Assembly: GCA_020442475.1 (NCBI GenBank)
Contig: JAGRKA010000007.1
Coordinates: forward strand, 491 to 64,490
From: Alphaproteobacteria bacterium
Lineage (GTDB): Bacteria; Pseudomonadota; Alphaproteobacteria; Micavibrionales; Micavibrionaceae
Length of the DNA stretch: 64,000 bases
Direction of reading: 5' to 3'
Positions 18,840 to 27,841 of the stretch are shown here, in pieces. The notes under the pieces are model-generated. The model was not told the origin of the DNA, ran no database searches, and saw only the letters and a program-made list of their open reading frames with translations. Each line of letters starts with the position of its first letter. Within the stretch, counting starts at the first letter, position 1. The position numbers and the translations under genes were made by a program.

Positions 18840-19235
18840 ATGAGTATGAAATGGGACGATACAGGCTATAAAAACCCTTTGGCGCGCGCACGGGGGCTGG
18901 GCGCCGCCGGGGGCGCGGTTGAAAACTGGATCAAGCTGCGTGTGACGGCGATTGCTAACGCCCTGCTTGCCGTATGGTTTATCTATTTTCTGCATAAGGC
19001 CGTCGGAGCCGGGCATGCGGAGTTCGTGGCGCTGCTCTCTGAGCCTGTGCACGCAATTGCGATGATCCTGTTTATCCTCTCGGTCTTTACCCATGCGGCG
19101 TTGGGCTGCCGGGAAATCGTGGAGGATTATTTCCACCATGAAGGTCTCAAAATCGCCAAGCTGGTCGGGATTTACCTGTTTTTCACCGCCGCCGGTATTG
19201 CGTGCGTATTTTCGGTTTTGAAGATCGCGCTGTAG
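18840..19235 (+). CDS. sdhD: Succinate dehydrogenase hydrophobic membrane anchor
   Basis: GAVENWIKLRVTAIANALLAVWFIYFL...HAALGCREIVEDY. Position between sdhC and sdhA. Confidence 0.88.
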   Translation: MSMKWDDTGYKNPLARARGLGAAGGAVENWIKLRVTAIANALLAVWFIYFLHKAVGAGHAEFVALLSEPVHAIAMILFILSVFTHAALGCREIVEDYFHHEGLKIAKLVGIYLFFTAAGIACVFSVLKIAL

Positions 19236-19251
19236 GAGGAGATCCGGGATG

Positions 19252-19586
19252 GAATCGCAAAGACGCGAAGACGCAAAGCTGACAGTGGTTGAGGCCGCTA
19301 TTGAGCGTATAGCGAAAGACGTTGTGGATTCTGTTTTTAAGTTTATCTCAGGCTTTATTTCTTTCTATTTGCGGCGTTCGTCATTGCGAGAGAGCGTAGA
19401 GAACGAAGCAATCCAGAGCCATGAAGACAAATTCTGGATTGCCGCGCCGCCGTTGGCGGCTCGCAACGACATGACATTCTGCTGCTTGCCGCAGGGCTGT
19501 TTATTAAATTTCAACAACAGACTGATTAAAAATAGAATTGTAAGAATTATCAACGATCGCTTTGCGCCTTAGCGTCTTTGCGATTC
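19252..19586. mobile_element. 335-bp non-coding element with 28-bp terminal inverted repeats (MITE-like), carrying a nested palindromic unit
   Basis: The left arm 19252-19279 is GAATCGCAAAGACGCGAAGACGCAAAGC. The reverse complement of the right arm 19559-19586 is GAATCGCAAAGACGCTAAGGCGCAAAGC, giving 26/28 identity by hand alignment. An inner unit at 19379-19475 has arms CGTCATTGCGAG/CTCGCAACGAC, GCAATCCAG/CTGGATTGC and GCCGCC-GTT-GGCGGC. Confidence 0.6.
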
Positions 19587-19601
19587 ATTCCGAGAGAAGA
19601 A

Positions 19602-21392
19602 ATGACAAATACATACGAAATTATAGATCACGAATTTGACGTTGTCGTTGTCGGCGCAGGCGGGGCAGGCTTGCGGGCCGGTTTTGGCTGTGCGGAAGCA
19701 GGCTTAAAGACGGCGTTTCTGTCGAAGGTCTTCCCGACGCGTTCCCACACAGTTGCCGCGCAGGGCGGGATTTCCGCCGCTTTGGGGAATATGGGCGAGG
19801 ATGACTGGCGTTTCCATTTTTATGACACGATCAAGGGCTCGGACTGGCTGGGCGATCAGGACGCGATCGAATATATGTGCAAGGAAGCCATTCCCGCCAT
19901 CATCGAGCTGGAGCATTACGGCGTACCGTTTTCCCGCACGGCTGAGGGCAAAATTTACCAGCGCGCCTTTGGCGGCATGACGACCCATTACGGACAAGGC
20001 ACGGCCCAACGCACTTGCGCCGCCGCTGACCGCACCGGCCATGCTATTTTGCATACGCTCTATACGCAGGCGCTCAAGCACCGGGCCGAGTTTTTTATCG
20101 AATATTTCGCCCTCGACCTGATTATGGGCGATGAGGGCGAATGTCTGGGCGTGATGGCCTGGAACCTCGATGACGGGACGATCCACCGCTTCCGCGCGCA
20201 CCAGACGATTTTGGCCACGGGCGGGTACGGGCGGACCTTCTTCTCTTGCACCTCGGCGCATACATGCACCGGGGACGGAAATGCGATGGTGCTGCGGGCC
20301 GGATTGCCGCTTCAGGATATGGAGTTCATCCAGTTCCACCCGACCGGGATTTACGGCGCGGGCTGCCTGATTACCGAGGGCGTGCGCGGGGAAGGCGGAT
20401 ATCTCACCAATTCCGAAGGCGAGCGCTTTATGGAGCGCTATGCCCCCAGTGCCAAGGATCTGGCCAGCCGGGATGTGGTCTCCCGCTCTATGACCATCGA
20501 AATCCGTGAAGGGCGCGGCGTGGGCGAACATAAAGACCATATCCATCTGCATCTGGAGCATCTGGACGCCGATATCATCCATGAGCGCCTGCCCGGTATC
20601 GCCGAGAGCGCCCGCATTTTCGCAGGCGTGGATGTGACGCGGGAGCCGATCCCCGTCCTGCCGACCGTACATTATAATATGGGCGGTATCCCGACCAATT
20701 TCATGACCGAAGTGCTGGCACCCACCCGCAAAGACCCGAACCGCGCCGTGCCCGGCCTGATGGCGATCGGGGAGGCCGCATGCGTCTCCGTTCACGGGGC
20801 GAACCGTCTGGGCTCGAATTCGCTGCTGGATCTGGTTGTCTTTGGGCGCGCCGCCGCCAAGCGTTGCGCGGAGATTATACAGCCCGGAAGTCCGCACAAG
20901 CCGATGCGCGGCGATGACGGCTCCCGCGCGATTGCTCGCCTTGACCATTACCGCCATGCGAGCGGCAGCACGCCGACCGCGCAGCTTCGTGGCAAGATGC
21001 AGCGGATCATGCAAAATCACGCGCCTGTTTTCCGCACCGGGGACGTTCTGACTGAGGGCGTGAAGCTGATCGACGAGGCTTATCAGGCTAAATCCGATCT
21101 GGGAATCGCCGACCGCTCGATGGTTTTCAATACGGATCTTGTAGAAACGCTGGAGTTGGATAACCTCCTCTCACAGGCGGTTGTGGCCATGCATGCTGCC
21201 GCCAACCGGGAAGAAAGCCGCGGTGCGCATGCCCGCGAAGATTTCCCGGAGCGCGATGATAAAAACTGGATGAAACATACGCTCATCTGGTGCGATGAAC
21301 AGGGCAAAACGGAAATCGGCTACCGCCCCGTCACCTTGACGACCCTCACAGACGAGGTCGAACCCGTCCCGCCCAAGGCACGGGTTTATTGA
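19602..21392 (+). CDS. sdhA: Succinate dehydrogenase flavoprotein subunit
   Basis: [36 protein letters not shown] (FAD-His site), HPTGIYG and the C-terminal ...KARVY. The start is trimmed to the ATG at 19602, preceded by GAGAGAAG. Confidence 0.96.
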   Translation: MTNTYEIIDHEFDVVVVGAGGAGLRAGFGCAEAGLKTAFLSKVFPTRSHTVAAQGGISAALGNMGEDDWRFHFYDTIKGSDWLGDQDAIEYMCKEAIPAIIELEHYGVPFSRTAEGKIYQRAFGGMTTHYGQGTAQRTCAAADRTGHAILHTLYTQALKHRAEFFIEYFALDLIMGDEGECLGVMAWNLDDGTIHRFRAHQTILATGGYGRTFFSCTSAHTCTGDGNAMVLRAGLPLQDMEFIQFHPTGIYGAGCLITEGVRGEGGYLTNSEGERFMERYAPSAKDLASRDVVSRSMTIEIREGRGVGEHKDHIHLHLEHLDADIIHERLPGIAESARIFAGVDVTREPIPVLPTVHYNMGGIPTNFMTEVLAPTRKDPNRAVPGLMAIGEAACVSVHGANRLGSNSLLDLVVFGRAAAKRCAEIIQPGSPHKPMRGDDGSRAIARLDHYRHASGSTPTAQLRGKMQRIMQNHAPVFRTGDVLTEGVKLIDEAYQAKSDLGIADRSMVFNTDLVETLELDNLLSQAVVAMHAAANREESRGAHAREDFPERDDKNWMKHTLIWCDEQGKTEIGYRPVTLTTLTDEVEPVPPKARVY

Positions 21393-21397
21393 TTCAT

Positions 21398-22480
21398 TTA
21401 GGGAGGCGTCGAAGGGGAGGGATTGTAAACAAGCCTGCCAATTTTAGGGAACATTTCCTGTTCCAGTTTTTCGGCACGATCCAGAAGGTTTTTCGAAGGG
21501 TTGGAAAATATAGAGAATACCTCGCCTATTCCTTGGTATTGTTCCGTATAACTTTCTCCAGTTCGTCCCAAATCACTCAAATCTGAAAAAGTAGAAATAA
21601 TCATTTCAAATTCCGCTTTCGAAATATTACGGAATGCAGGCAGTTCAAAATTCACAGGAGGAGAATTTTTCCAGAAAATAGCGGCAACCTTCCTGTAAGC
21701 TTCAAGCATTTCTTCCGTATAATGATAGCCATTTGCTCCCTTAATCCCTTCACCCAAAACAAAATTCAAAAAGGTGGTTCCCGCCCAGTGCATGTCTGTT
21801 TCCGGATTTATAACCTGACTAATTATATTATTATGAAGATAATCATCTACGGCGTCTTCAGAGCCTTCTTTCCCTATCTTCCAAAGCAACAGGGCTGTAA
21901 ATTTTAAAAAAAGATACGTTGCACTGGTATTTTCTTCCCCTAACGCTTTTTTGAAGCGTTCTATGAAGCGATGGTCAGAGCTAGGAAGCGATATTGATTC
22001 TAGGTGTTTGAAGGTTTCTCCTTCCGCACTAAGGAAATCCATGCTTTCAAAAGGGTTAAACGAGAAAAATTCTTTCCAGTACAGGGCCGACAAAGCCCAA
22101 GCGTCGGCTTCTTGAATAACAGATAAATGGGCAGCAGATGCCGGGGAAATGATATCTTTTGTCTCTTTTATTTGTTTTATTTCTTTCGAGTCAGATACTT
22201 TGCGGTCTTGCCGTGCGTGCGCTGATTCATGGATCAAATCAGTGGATGTTGCAGGCTCGGCTAGAAGAATAATATTCTGATCGGAATGATAAATACCTCT
22301 TGCAGGGTATTTCGGGATTTTTTTATACGCCTTTATCATACCGTTGCTGTTCGCAAAATCCTCCAACAACTTGGTCCCGATAGGCGTTTTAAGGGCACGG
22401 TCCAGCAAAGGCTTGAGGCGGTCCTTGCTTGGCCCCTTTCTGTTCTGAGACAGGAAATGTTTTTTGAGTGCAACGCTCAT
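21398..22480 (-). CDS. Hypothetical protein with HExxHxxQ zincin-like motif (possible secreted metallopeptidase/effector)
   Basis: The motif LIHESAHARQ (nt 22208-22231) follows ARGIYHSDQNIILLAEP. This is the pattern I associate with DUF4157-type zincin domains. The gene is AT-rich relative to the flanks. No SD is evident before the ATG. Confidence 0.55.
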   Translation of the reverse strand: MSVALKKHFLSQNRKGPSKDRLKPLLDRALKTPIGTKLLEDFANSNGMIKAYKKIPKYPARGIYHSDQNIILLAEPATSTDLIHESAHARQDRKVSDSKEIKQIKETKDIISPASAAHLSVIQEADAWALSALYWKEFFSFNPFESMDFLSAEGETFKHLESISLPSSDHRFIERFKKALGEENTSATYLFLKFTALLLWKIGKEGSEDAVDDYLHNNIISQVINPETDMHWAGTTFLNFVLGEGIKGANGYHYTEEMLEAYRKVAAIFWKNSPPVNFELPAFRNISKAEFEMIISTFSDLSDLGRTGESYTEQYQGIGEVFSIFSNPSKNLLDRAEKLEQEMFPKIGRLVYNPSPSTPP

Positions 22481-22761
22481 GCAGGGTTATATAGATGCTT
22501 GTAAATGTTATGTCAATTTTTTTCCTACCTCCAAAATCAAAAAACGGGCGCCCGTAAATTGCGCAAATTCCTGTAGGCACGGGTTTCGTCTGGGCAGGAT
22601 TTACAAAGGGCAGGAAAACCCTCAACCGGCGATCTTCGACCATTCCCGTGCAGATCGATCCGGCTCAAAATTAGGATACAATTCCTAATTTGTCAAGGGT
22701 CTTATTGTCAAGCTTGCAAAGAAAACAACAAAACAGCCCTTCTTTGGCACAGTCAAAGCCT

Positions 22762-23256
22762 TTAATTATAGGCGTACGCAGCCGGGCTTTGTGCTCTGAG
22801 ATCAGTTTGCTGTTGCGGGCTGGGCGTAGCTACCGCTTGTTGTTGGGTGGATTGTTCTTTTGTGGCCTGAATTGCTTTGAATGTATGGATCAGCCTTTCA
22901 GTCTTCTCCTGCTTTTCCATGGCTGCTAATTCGCGGACATCTTTGAAATAGGCCGTCAAATCCCTTTCAATATACGGTGCACCTTCCGCATGACGCTTTA
23001 TAGCTGCTTGCAAGGAGTTTTCAGAGACGCGCTCAAGGCGCGCTGCAATGGCGTCCTCCAGTTCGGGGATTTGCTCATTTGGATTCAATAGACTTATCCG
23101 CGAGAGAACCTTCTCAGCAAGAAAAATTGCAGCCTGTGAATCGGAAAGACGGGTCTCTTCGCAATACTCAAAAAGTTGCTGGTTTTTAAATCCAGCCGGT
23201 TTTGCCGCTGCGTTATGAATAAATTTTAGGGCCTTTTTAAACGGGTTGAAAGCCAT
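22762..23256 (-). CDS. Hypothetical protein (164 aa, Gln-rich tail)
   Basis: The start is trimmed to MAFNPFKK (ATG at 23256), preceded by GAGGAG. No family recognised. Confidence 0.5.
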   Translation of the reverse strand: MAFNPFKKALKFIHNAAAKPAGFKNQQLFEYCEETRLSDSQAAIFLAEKVLSRISLLNPNEQIPELEDAIAARLERVSENSLQAAIKRHAEGAPYIERDLTAYFKDVRELAAMEKQEKTERLIHTFKAIQATKEQSTQQQAVATPSPQQQTDLRAQSPAAYAYN

Positions 23257-23608
23257 CGCTTTTCTCCTCAAATCAAAATCCGGCCCTGTTAAGGGGCTGG
23301 AGCAGTTCAAATGCCTTTGGGAGAATTGCTTTAATGCGCCTCCCGCCGGGTTCCCAAGTGAATGGAGACCACAGCGAGCGCTTCGAAGAAGCCATATTGG
23401 CTGTGGCGCTTTAGCATTTTTAACGCGGTGCAAGCTAGACCATCAAATCCCGCGGTCATGGCATATGTGCCACAATCATTTCTGTCTTAGAATATCTGCA
23501 GTTTATTTGTCAAATATTTTTCAGCCATATATTGCCATAATATATTGATTTTTTCTGTAAATATTATTAATCTCTCCCGCAAGCTGAAAAAAAGATGGGG
23601 CGAATATC

Positions 23609-24445
23609 ATGCCTGATAGAATTAATGATCTTTATCTGAATTGTGTTGAGCAAAATGGCTTGCTTCTTGATATGCACCTCTTGGCAGAGCAGGTTTGTTC
23701 TGAAGGGCAAACGCGGCGCCCTTATTTTTTTGCACCGAACATTCATAAGAGTTTCAGGATGGTTTCAACAGGGGAACAGCCCTATGATTCCGCTCGCCGC
23801 GCAGAGATCGCCCGCCCGGCGGTTTTGGGAACATTTAAACATCTGGACGGAGAGGGACCGGGTATTTCCCATGAAGCGCTTATCATCAAGGAGTCCGGCT
23901 CCTGGCATGTTGGCCTGCCAGCCTGTCTGGATATTTTCTTCCCGGCAGCTAAAGCCGTTGCCGAGGATGTTCTGTCCCTCTACGGCCCGGATTATTTTCA
24001 GGATGCACAGATTTGTTTCTTTTCACAGCGTCATAATGTTTTGCCGGGCGACCCCGGTAAAACTTCCGGGAAGGATCTTCATGACCACCTTGAAAGCGAT
24101 CACGGCACAATGGATCTCCTTTATGTCATGACTGACTGTTTTCCAACATTATTTCAGCTTTCTGAAAAAGAAACCGAGCTATACCCTACGGAAACACTTT
24201 CACTGTCGCGGTTCGGCCCTGAAATTCGGCATGTCTCTCCGCGAAATGAAACAGGCCAAACATTACGCAGGACCTTTGGAACCTTTAACATCCACCCGAA
24301 AGCCTATCTGTATGACGGTATGCCCAACAATGCCGGGTTGAACCTCAAAAGGGCGCAGGAATTTGAACAAGCCGCAACCGCCTATCTACAAAGCCCGGCA
24401 AATACGCTCACGCTTTATCCTGATCCTGTGGCGCTTGGAGGGTAA
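23609..24445 (+). CDS. Hypothetical protein (278 aa)
   Basis: An intact ORF upstream of, and co-directional with, the GCS-fold gene. A His/acid patch DLHDHLESDH is followed later by IRHVSPR...LRR. The family is not established. Confidence 0.5.
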   Translation: MPDRINDLYLNCVEQNGLLLDMHLLAEQVCSEGQTRRPYFFAPNIHKSFRMVSTGEQPYDSARRAEIARPAVLGTFKHLDGEGPGISHEALIIKESGSWHVGLPACLDIFFPAAKAVAEDVLSLYGPDYFQDAQICFFSQRHNVLPGDPGKTSGKDLHDHLESDHGTMDLLYVMTDCFPTLFQLSEKETELYPTETLSLSRFGPEIRHVSPRNETGQTLRRTFGTFNIHPKAYLYDGMPNNAGLNLKRAQEFEQAATAYLQSPANTLTLYPDPVALGG

Positions 24446-24674
24446 AACCCGTTTTTTCCCGTAAACAAACACTGGAAAGCGGGGGCAAAAGTGCCTACAT
24501 TCGTCAAAACAACCGGAGGGTACGGCGATTTCCGAAGTTAATGCCAGCGATCTAAGACCGATCGACACGCTTGAGGATGTATGGGCGACCTATCAGGGTG
24601 CCGGAGATGAGGCGCAGACGGGTATAGAGGTCGAGCTTGCCTTTTTCGATCCGGACAGCCCGGATTTTGCCCCA

Positions 24675-25970
24675 ATGAATCCCGTTCAGAATATACGCGT
24701 TAAAACAGCCGCGAATACCGCTCTTGGCGGGGATTTCGTTCGTAACGAACCGACCGGAGATATGCTCGAAATCGGGAGCGTGCCGGGCACACCGAACGAT
24801 TTACAAGCCATCCTTGACGATACGAACCGTAAAATCCGTGTTTTAACGGAAGAAGCAGCCAAGGCAGGGATGAAGCGCTCCTATTTTCAGGATTTACCGC
24901 ATGCGAGTGCCGAGACTCTCCTGAAAAACCTTATGGATATCCCGCGTTACCGCGCTTTTTTCGGGCCGCCGCGCAAAGATATGTGGGATGTGGCGGCTTA
25001 TTTCTCTGTCTGTAAATCCAATCAGGTCTCGGTCAGCTACCGTGACCCGGACCATATGTTGGAAAGTGTGCGCCGCCTGTATATACTTGCTCCCTTCCTG
25101 TTCATGATTACAGATAACAGCTCGGCCTTTGCCGAGGGGCGGCCTGTTAGCGGCCATCCGGGGATGCAGTATAGAACGGCGTTGGGACGGCGCGGCGGCG
25201 TGCCGGATTACGTGTTTACCGCGCAAACCGGCGAAGAGTATTTACGCGACCATATCCATCACGTCATGAATAACGCGCTGTTTGTTTATTACAATGAAGA
25301 GGGCGAGTTGCTGCGCCTGCCTGAAAATGAGTGGCTGACTTTTCAGGACTTACGCGAAAGAGGTCTGAACACGGCCACAAACTATTTTTTCTCGGAAAGC
25401 GTCTTATGGCCGGATGTTAAAATTGCGGCTCTGAAAGATGAAAACGGGCAAGTTATCAATCACCGCTATGAAAGCCGCATGTGGGGCGTCGGCATACACC
25501 AGCATCAAAGTGCGCTGTTGATTACGGCGGCACTGGCTTTTAATGCGGCATTTTCAAAAAAAACCGACCAGTTGGTTTCATCTTTTGGGTTCGAAGCAGG
25601 GGGTGTGGACCAGCTTCGAGAGCATCTTCAAAGCGCCTATAGAAACGCACGGGCACATGACGGCGCCTTCCTCGATATTTCTTACGGCACCGGTTCGATG
25701 AGCGATTTCGCACGGCAATTCGCGGATTTACTGGAGGAAGCCTATGACGGGCAGGGTTTTGAGGGTGCGCTTGCCCCGATTCTGTCGATCTGCCGCACCG
25801 GGTTGACGGATGCTAAGATCAACCGGCTTATGTTCCCGACCCTTGAGGAGCTGAATGCGTTCCAGCGTACCTATGATCCCGCGCTCTTCAACGATCCGGA
25901 ACGCTGCGCCCTGATGCTCTTTGAAAAAGAGCTGCCTGTAGCATTGCAGCGCTCACCCCGCTGCGCTTAA
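24675..25970 (+). CDS. Glutamate-cysteine ligase family protein (plant/alpha-type GCS fold, divergent); true start probably upstream of 24675
   Basis: Blocks align by eye to plant-type GshA: IPRYRAFFGP (vs PKGRYDIM), NQVSVSYRDPDHMLESVRRLYILAPFLFMITDNSSAF (vs VQVNLDFSSEADM...LQPIATALFANSPF), and LWPDVKIAAL...ESRMWGVG (vs IFPEVRLKRY.EMRGADGG). The conserved first strand TGIEVELAFF is encoded in-frame at 24618-24647, upstream of the first ATG. Confidence 0.7.
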   Translation: MNPVQNIRVKTAANTALGGDFVRNEPTGDMLEIGSVPGTPNDLQAILDDTNRKIRVLTEEAAKAGMKRSYFQDLPHASAETLLKNLMDIPRYRAFFGPPRKDMWDVAAYFSVCKSNQVSVSYRDPDHMLESVRRLYILAPFLFMITDNSSAFAEGRPVSGHPGMQYRTALGRRGGVPDYVFTAQTGEEYLRDHIHHVMNNALFVYYNEEGELLRLPENEWLTFQDLRERGLNTATNYFFSESVLWPDVKIAALKDENGQVINHRYESRMWGVGIHQHQSALLITAALAFNAAFSKKTDQLVSSFGFEAGGVDQLREHLQSAYRNARAHDGAFLDISYGTGSMSDFARQFADLLEEAYDGQGFEGALAPILSICRTGLTDAKINRLMFPTLEELNAFQRTYDPALFNDPERCALMLFEKELPVALQRSPRCA

Positions 25971-25980
25971 AATACACGCC

Positions 25981-27006
25981 ATGAAGCTCTCTTTTCGTCA
26001 GATCGAACCTTTCGTTAAAGCCCCGGACAAGGCGGCACGGGTTATCCTGATCTACGGCCCCGATGACGGGCTGATGCGCGAGCGGGCCAAAATAATCGGG
26101 CAAAGCGTGGTTGCGGATATTAACGATCCGTTCAACACGGCGCGCCTGTCAACGGACTCTCTGGCCGAGGACCCGGCCCGCCTGCTCGATGAAGCCAGCG
26201 CCATCTCTATGATGGGTGGAGACCGGCTGATCCGGGTCGAGGGCGCTTCCGACAAGCTGACGACCCTGATTAAAGGCTATCTTGAGAAACCCAGTGATAC
26301 CGCTCTGGTTCTGCTGGAAGCGGGCGAACTCGGCCCGCGTTCTTCTTTGCGCAAGCTTTGTGAAAGCGCCAAGAACGCGGCAGCAGTGCCTTGCTATGTC
26401 GAGGATGAGCGCGATACGGCCCGCCTGATCCGTGAAACGCTGCATGCGGAAGGGTTGCAAGCCGCACCGGATGCTGTGTCATGGCTGGCTGCCGCGATTT
26501 CAGGTGATCGGCTAAAAATCCGGGGAGAACTGGAGAAGCTGATTACCTATAAGGGTGCGGATAAAACGCCGCTGACGCTGGAGGAAGCTCAAAATTGTTG
26601 CGGAGCAGCCGGATCAATTGCGCTGGATGACCTAGTTTTCGCGCTCGCGGACAGAAATACAGCTAAAACGCTTGAGATTTACACGCGGCTGATCGAAGAG
26701 GATACGCCCTTTATCGTGATTTTACGGACAATCCAGAACCATTTCCGTCGCTTGCACGCCACCGCCTCACGTATAGAAAGCGGTGAACAAGCCGACAGCG
26801 CGATGAAAAAACTCAGCCCTCCTGTTTTCTTTAAATATGTCCCGGTCTTTACAGCGCAGCTTCGCCAATGGTCTCCTAAACAGATCGAAACCATTCTGGC
26901 GCGGCTTATGACGCTGGAGGCCGAGTGTAAGAAAACCGGAGCGCCTGTTGAAACGCTGTGCGCCCAGACGATTTTCGGCATAACGCGGATCCGTAGTGCA
27001 CGGTAA
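25981..27006 (+). CDS. holA: DNA polymerase III subunit delta
   Basis: The N-terminus FRQIEPFVKAPDKAARVILIYGPDDGLMRERA and the overall length and helical C-terminus are typical of alphaproteobacterial HolA. Confidence 0.75.
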   Translation: MKLSFRQIEPFVKAPDKAARVILIYGPDDGLMRERAKIIGQSVVADINDPFNTARLSTDSLAEDPARLLDEASAISMMGGDRLIRVEGASDKLTTLIKGYLEKPSDTALVLLEAGELGPRSSLRKLCESAKNAAAVPCYVEDERDTARLIRETLHAEGLQAAPDAVSWLAAAISGDRLKIRGELEKLITYKGADKTPLTLEEAQNCCGAAGSIALDDLVFALADRNTAKTLEIYTRLIEEDTPFIVILRTIQNHFRRLHATASRIESGEQADSAMKKLSPPVFFKYVPVFTAQLRQWSPKQIETILARLMTLEAECKKTGAPVETLCAQTIFGITRIRSAR

Positions 27007-27167
27007 AATAACCTGAGATAAAAGCGCCCAAAACTGCCGTGCTTGAAAGCTATGCCTTAAACGCTTGATTTGCCGATAGCCATATCCGTGCCGATTTGCT
27101 ATGATTATTCTTAAAGGGCTTCTTCCTGCCCGATCTTTATCTCTCCATTTCAGGATTTTTTAAGCCA

Positions 27168-27839
27168 ATGTCTGCGCAAAACACTTCACAACCCGTCCGT
27201 ATCGCTCCATCTATCCTGTCTGCAGATTTTTCTATCCTCGGTGATGAGGTTCGGGCGATTGATGCGGCGGGCGCCGATTACATCCATATCGACGTTATGG
27301 ACGGGCACTTCGTCCCCAATCTGACTTTCGGTGCGCCGGTTGTAAAATCTTTGCGCAAATGCTCGAAAAAACCCTTTGACGTTCATTTGATGATCACCCC
27401 AGTTGATCCACTGATCAAGGATTTCGCCGAAGCCGGAGCCGATATCATCACCGCCCATGTCGAGGCCGGACCGCATTTGCACAGGACATTGCAAGCAATC
27501 AAGGCACAAGGCGTCAAGGCCGGTGTTTCACTTAACCCGGCTACGCCCGTATCCACGATCGCGCATGTGATGGATCTGGTCGATCTGGTCTTGATTATGA
27601 GCGTCAATCCCGGCTTTGGCGGACAAAGCTTTATTCCCGTCTTTGATAAGATCGCAGATGTGCGGGCCATGATCGCTGCGCAGAACCGGCCAATCGATCT
27701 GGAGGTCGATGGTGGGATCAATCCGCAGACTGCGCGCCAATGTATAGAGGCCGGCGCGGACGTCCTTGTCGCAGGAACAGCCGTTTTCGGGGATGGACCA
27801 TCAGGCTACGCGGATAATATCAAGGCCTTGAGAGGCTGA
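27168..27839 (+). CDS. rpe: Ribulose-phosphate 3-epimerase
   Basis: [46 protein letters not shown] and EVDGGIN. Confidence 0.96.
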   Translation: MSAQNTSQPVRIAPSILSADFSILGDEVRAIDAAGADYIHIDVMDGHFVPNLTFGAPVVKSLRKCSKKPFDVHLMITPVDPLIKDFAEAGADIITAHVEAGPHLHRTLQAIKAQGVKAGVSLNPATPVSTIAHVMDLVDLVLIMSVNPGFGGQSFIPVFDKIADVRAMIAAQNRPIDLEVDGGINPQTARQCIEAGADVLVAGTAVFGDGPSGYADNIKALRG

Positions 27840-27841
27840 TC

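Noticed and set aside
19249-19572. 107-aa ORF between sdhD and sdhA
   Set aside because: It runs straight through the 28-bp terminal inverted repeat and the nested palindromic unit, translating the well-known repeat-derived peptide pattern (...SSLRESVENEAIQS...). I treat it as an artefact of the repeat element rather than a gene.
19704-21020. 438-aa minus-strand ORF
   Set aside because: It is a shadow ORF antisense to sdhA. The same reasoning applies to 52477-53310 (antisense to rho), 55527-56231 (antisense to the CxxC protein gene), 38974-39591 and 39655-40110 (antisense to uvrD), 49303-49923, 46328-47127, 7224-7832, 9630-10235, 2058-2687 and 2926-3411.
23532-23544. 13-mer TTGCCATAATATA shared with 54539-54551 in two AT-rich promoter regions
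   Set aside because: By a rough calculation, many 13-mer coincidences are expected among all position pairs in a 64-kb window on both strands. The flanks do not extend the match convincingly.
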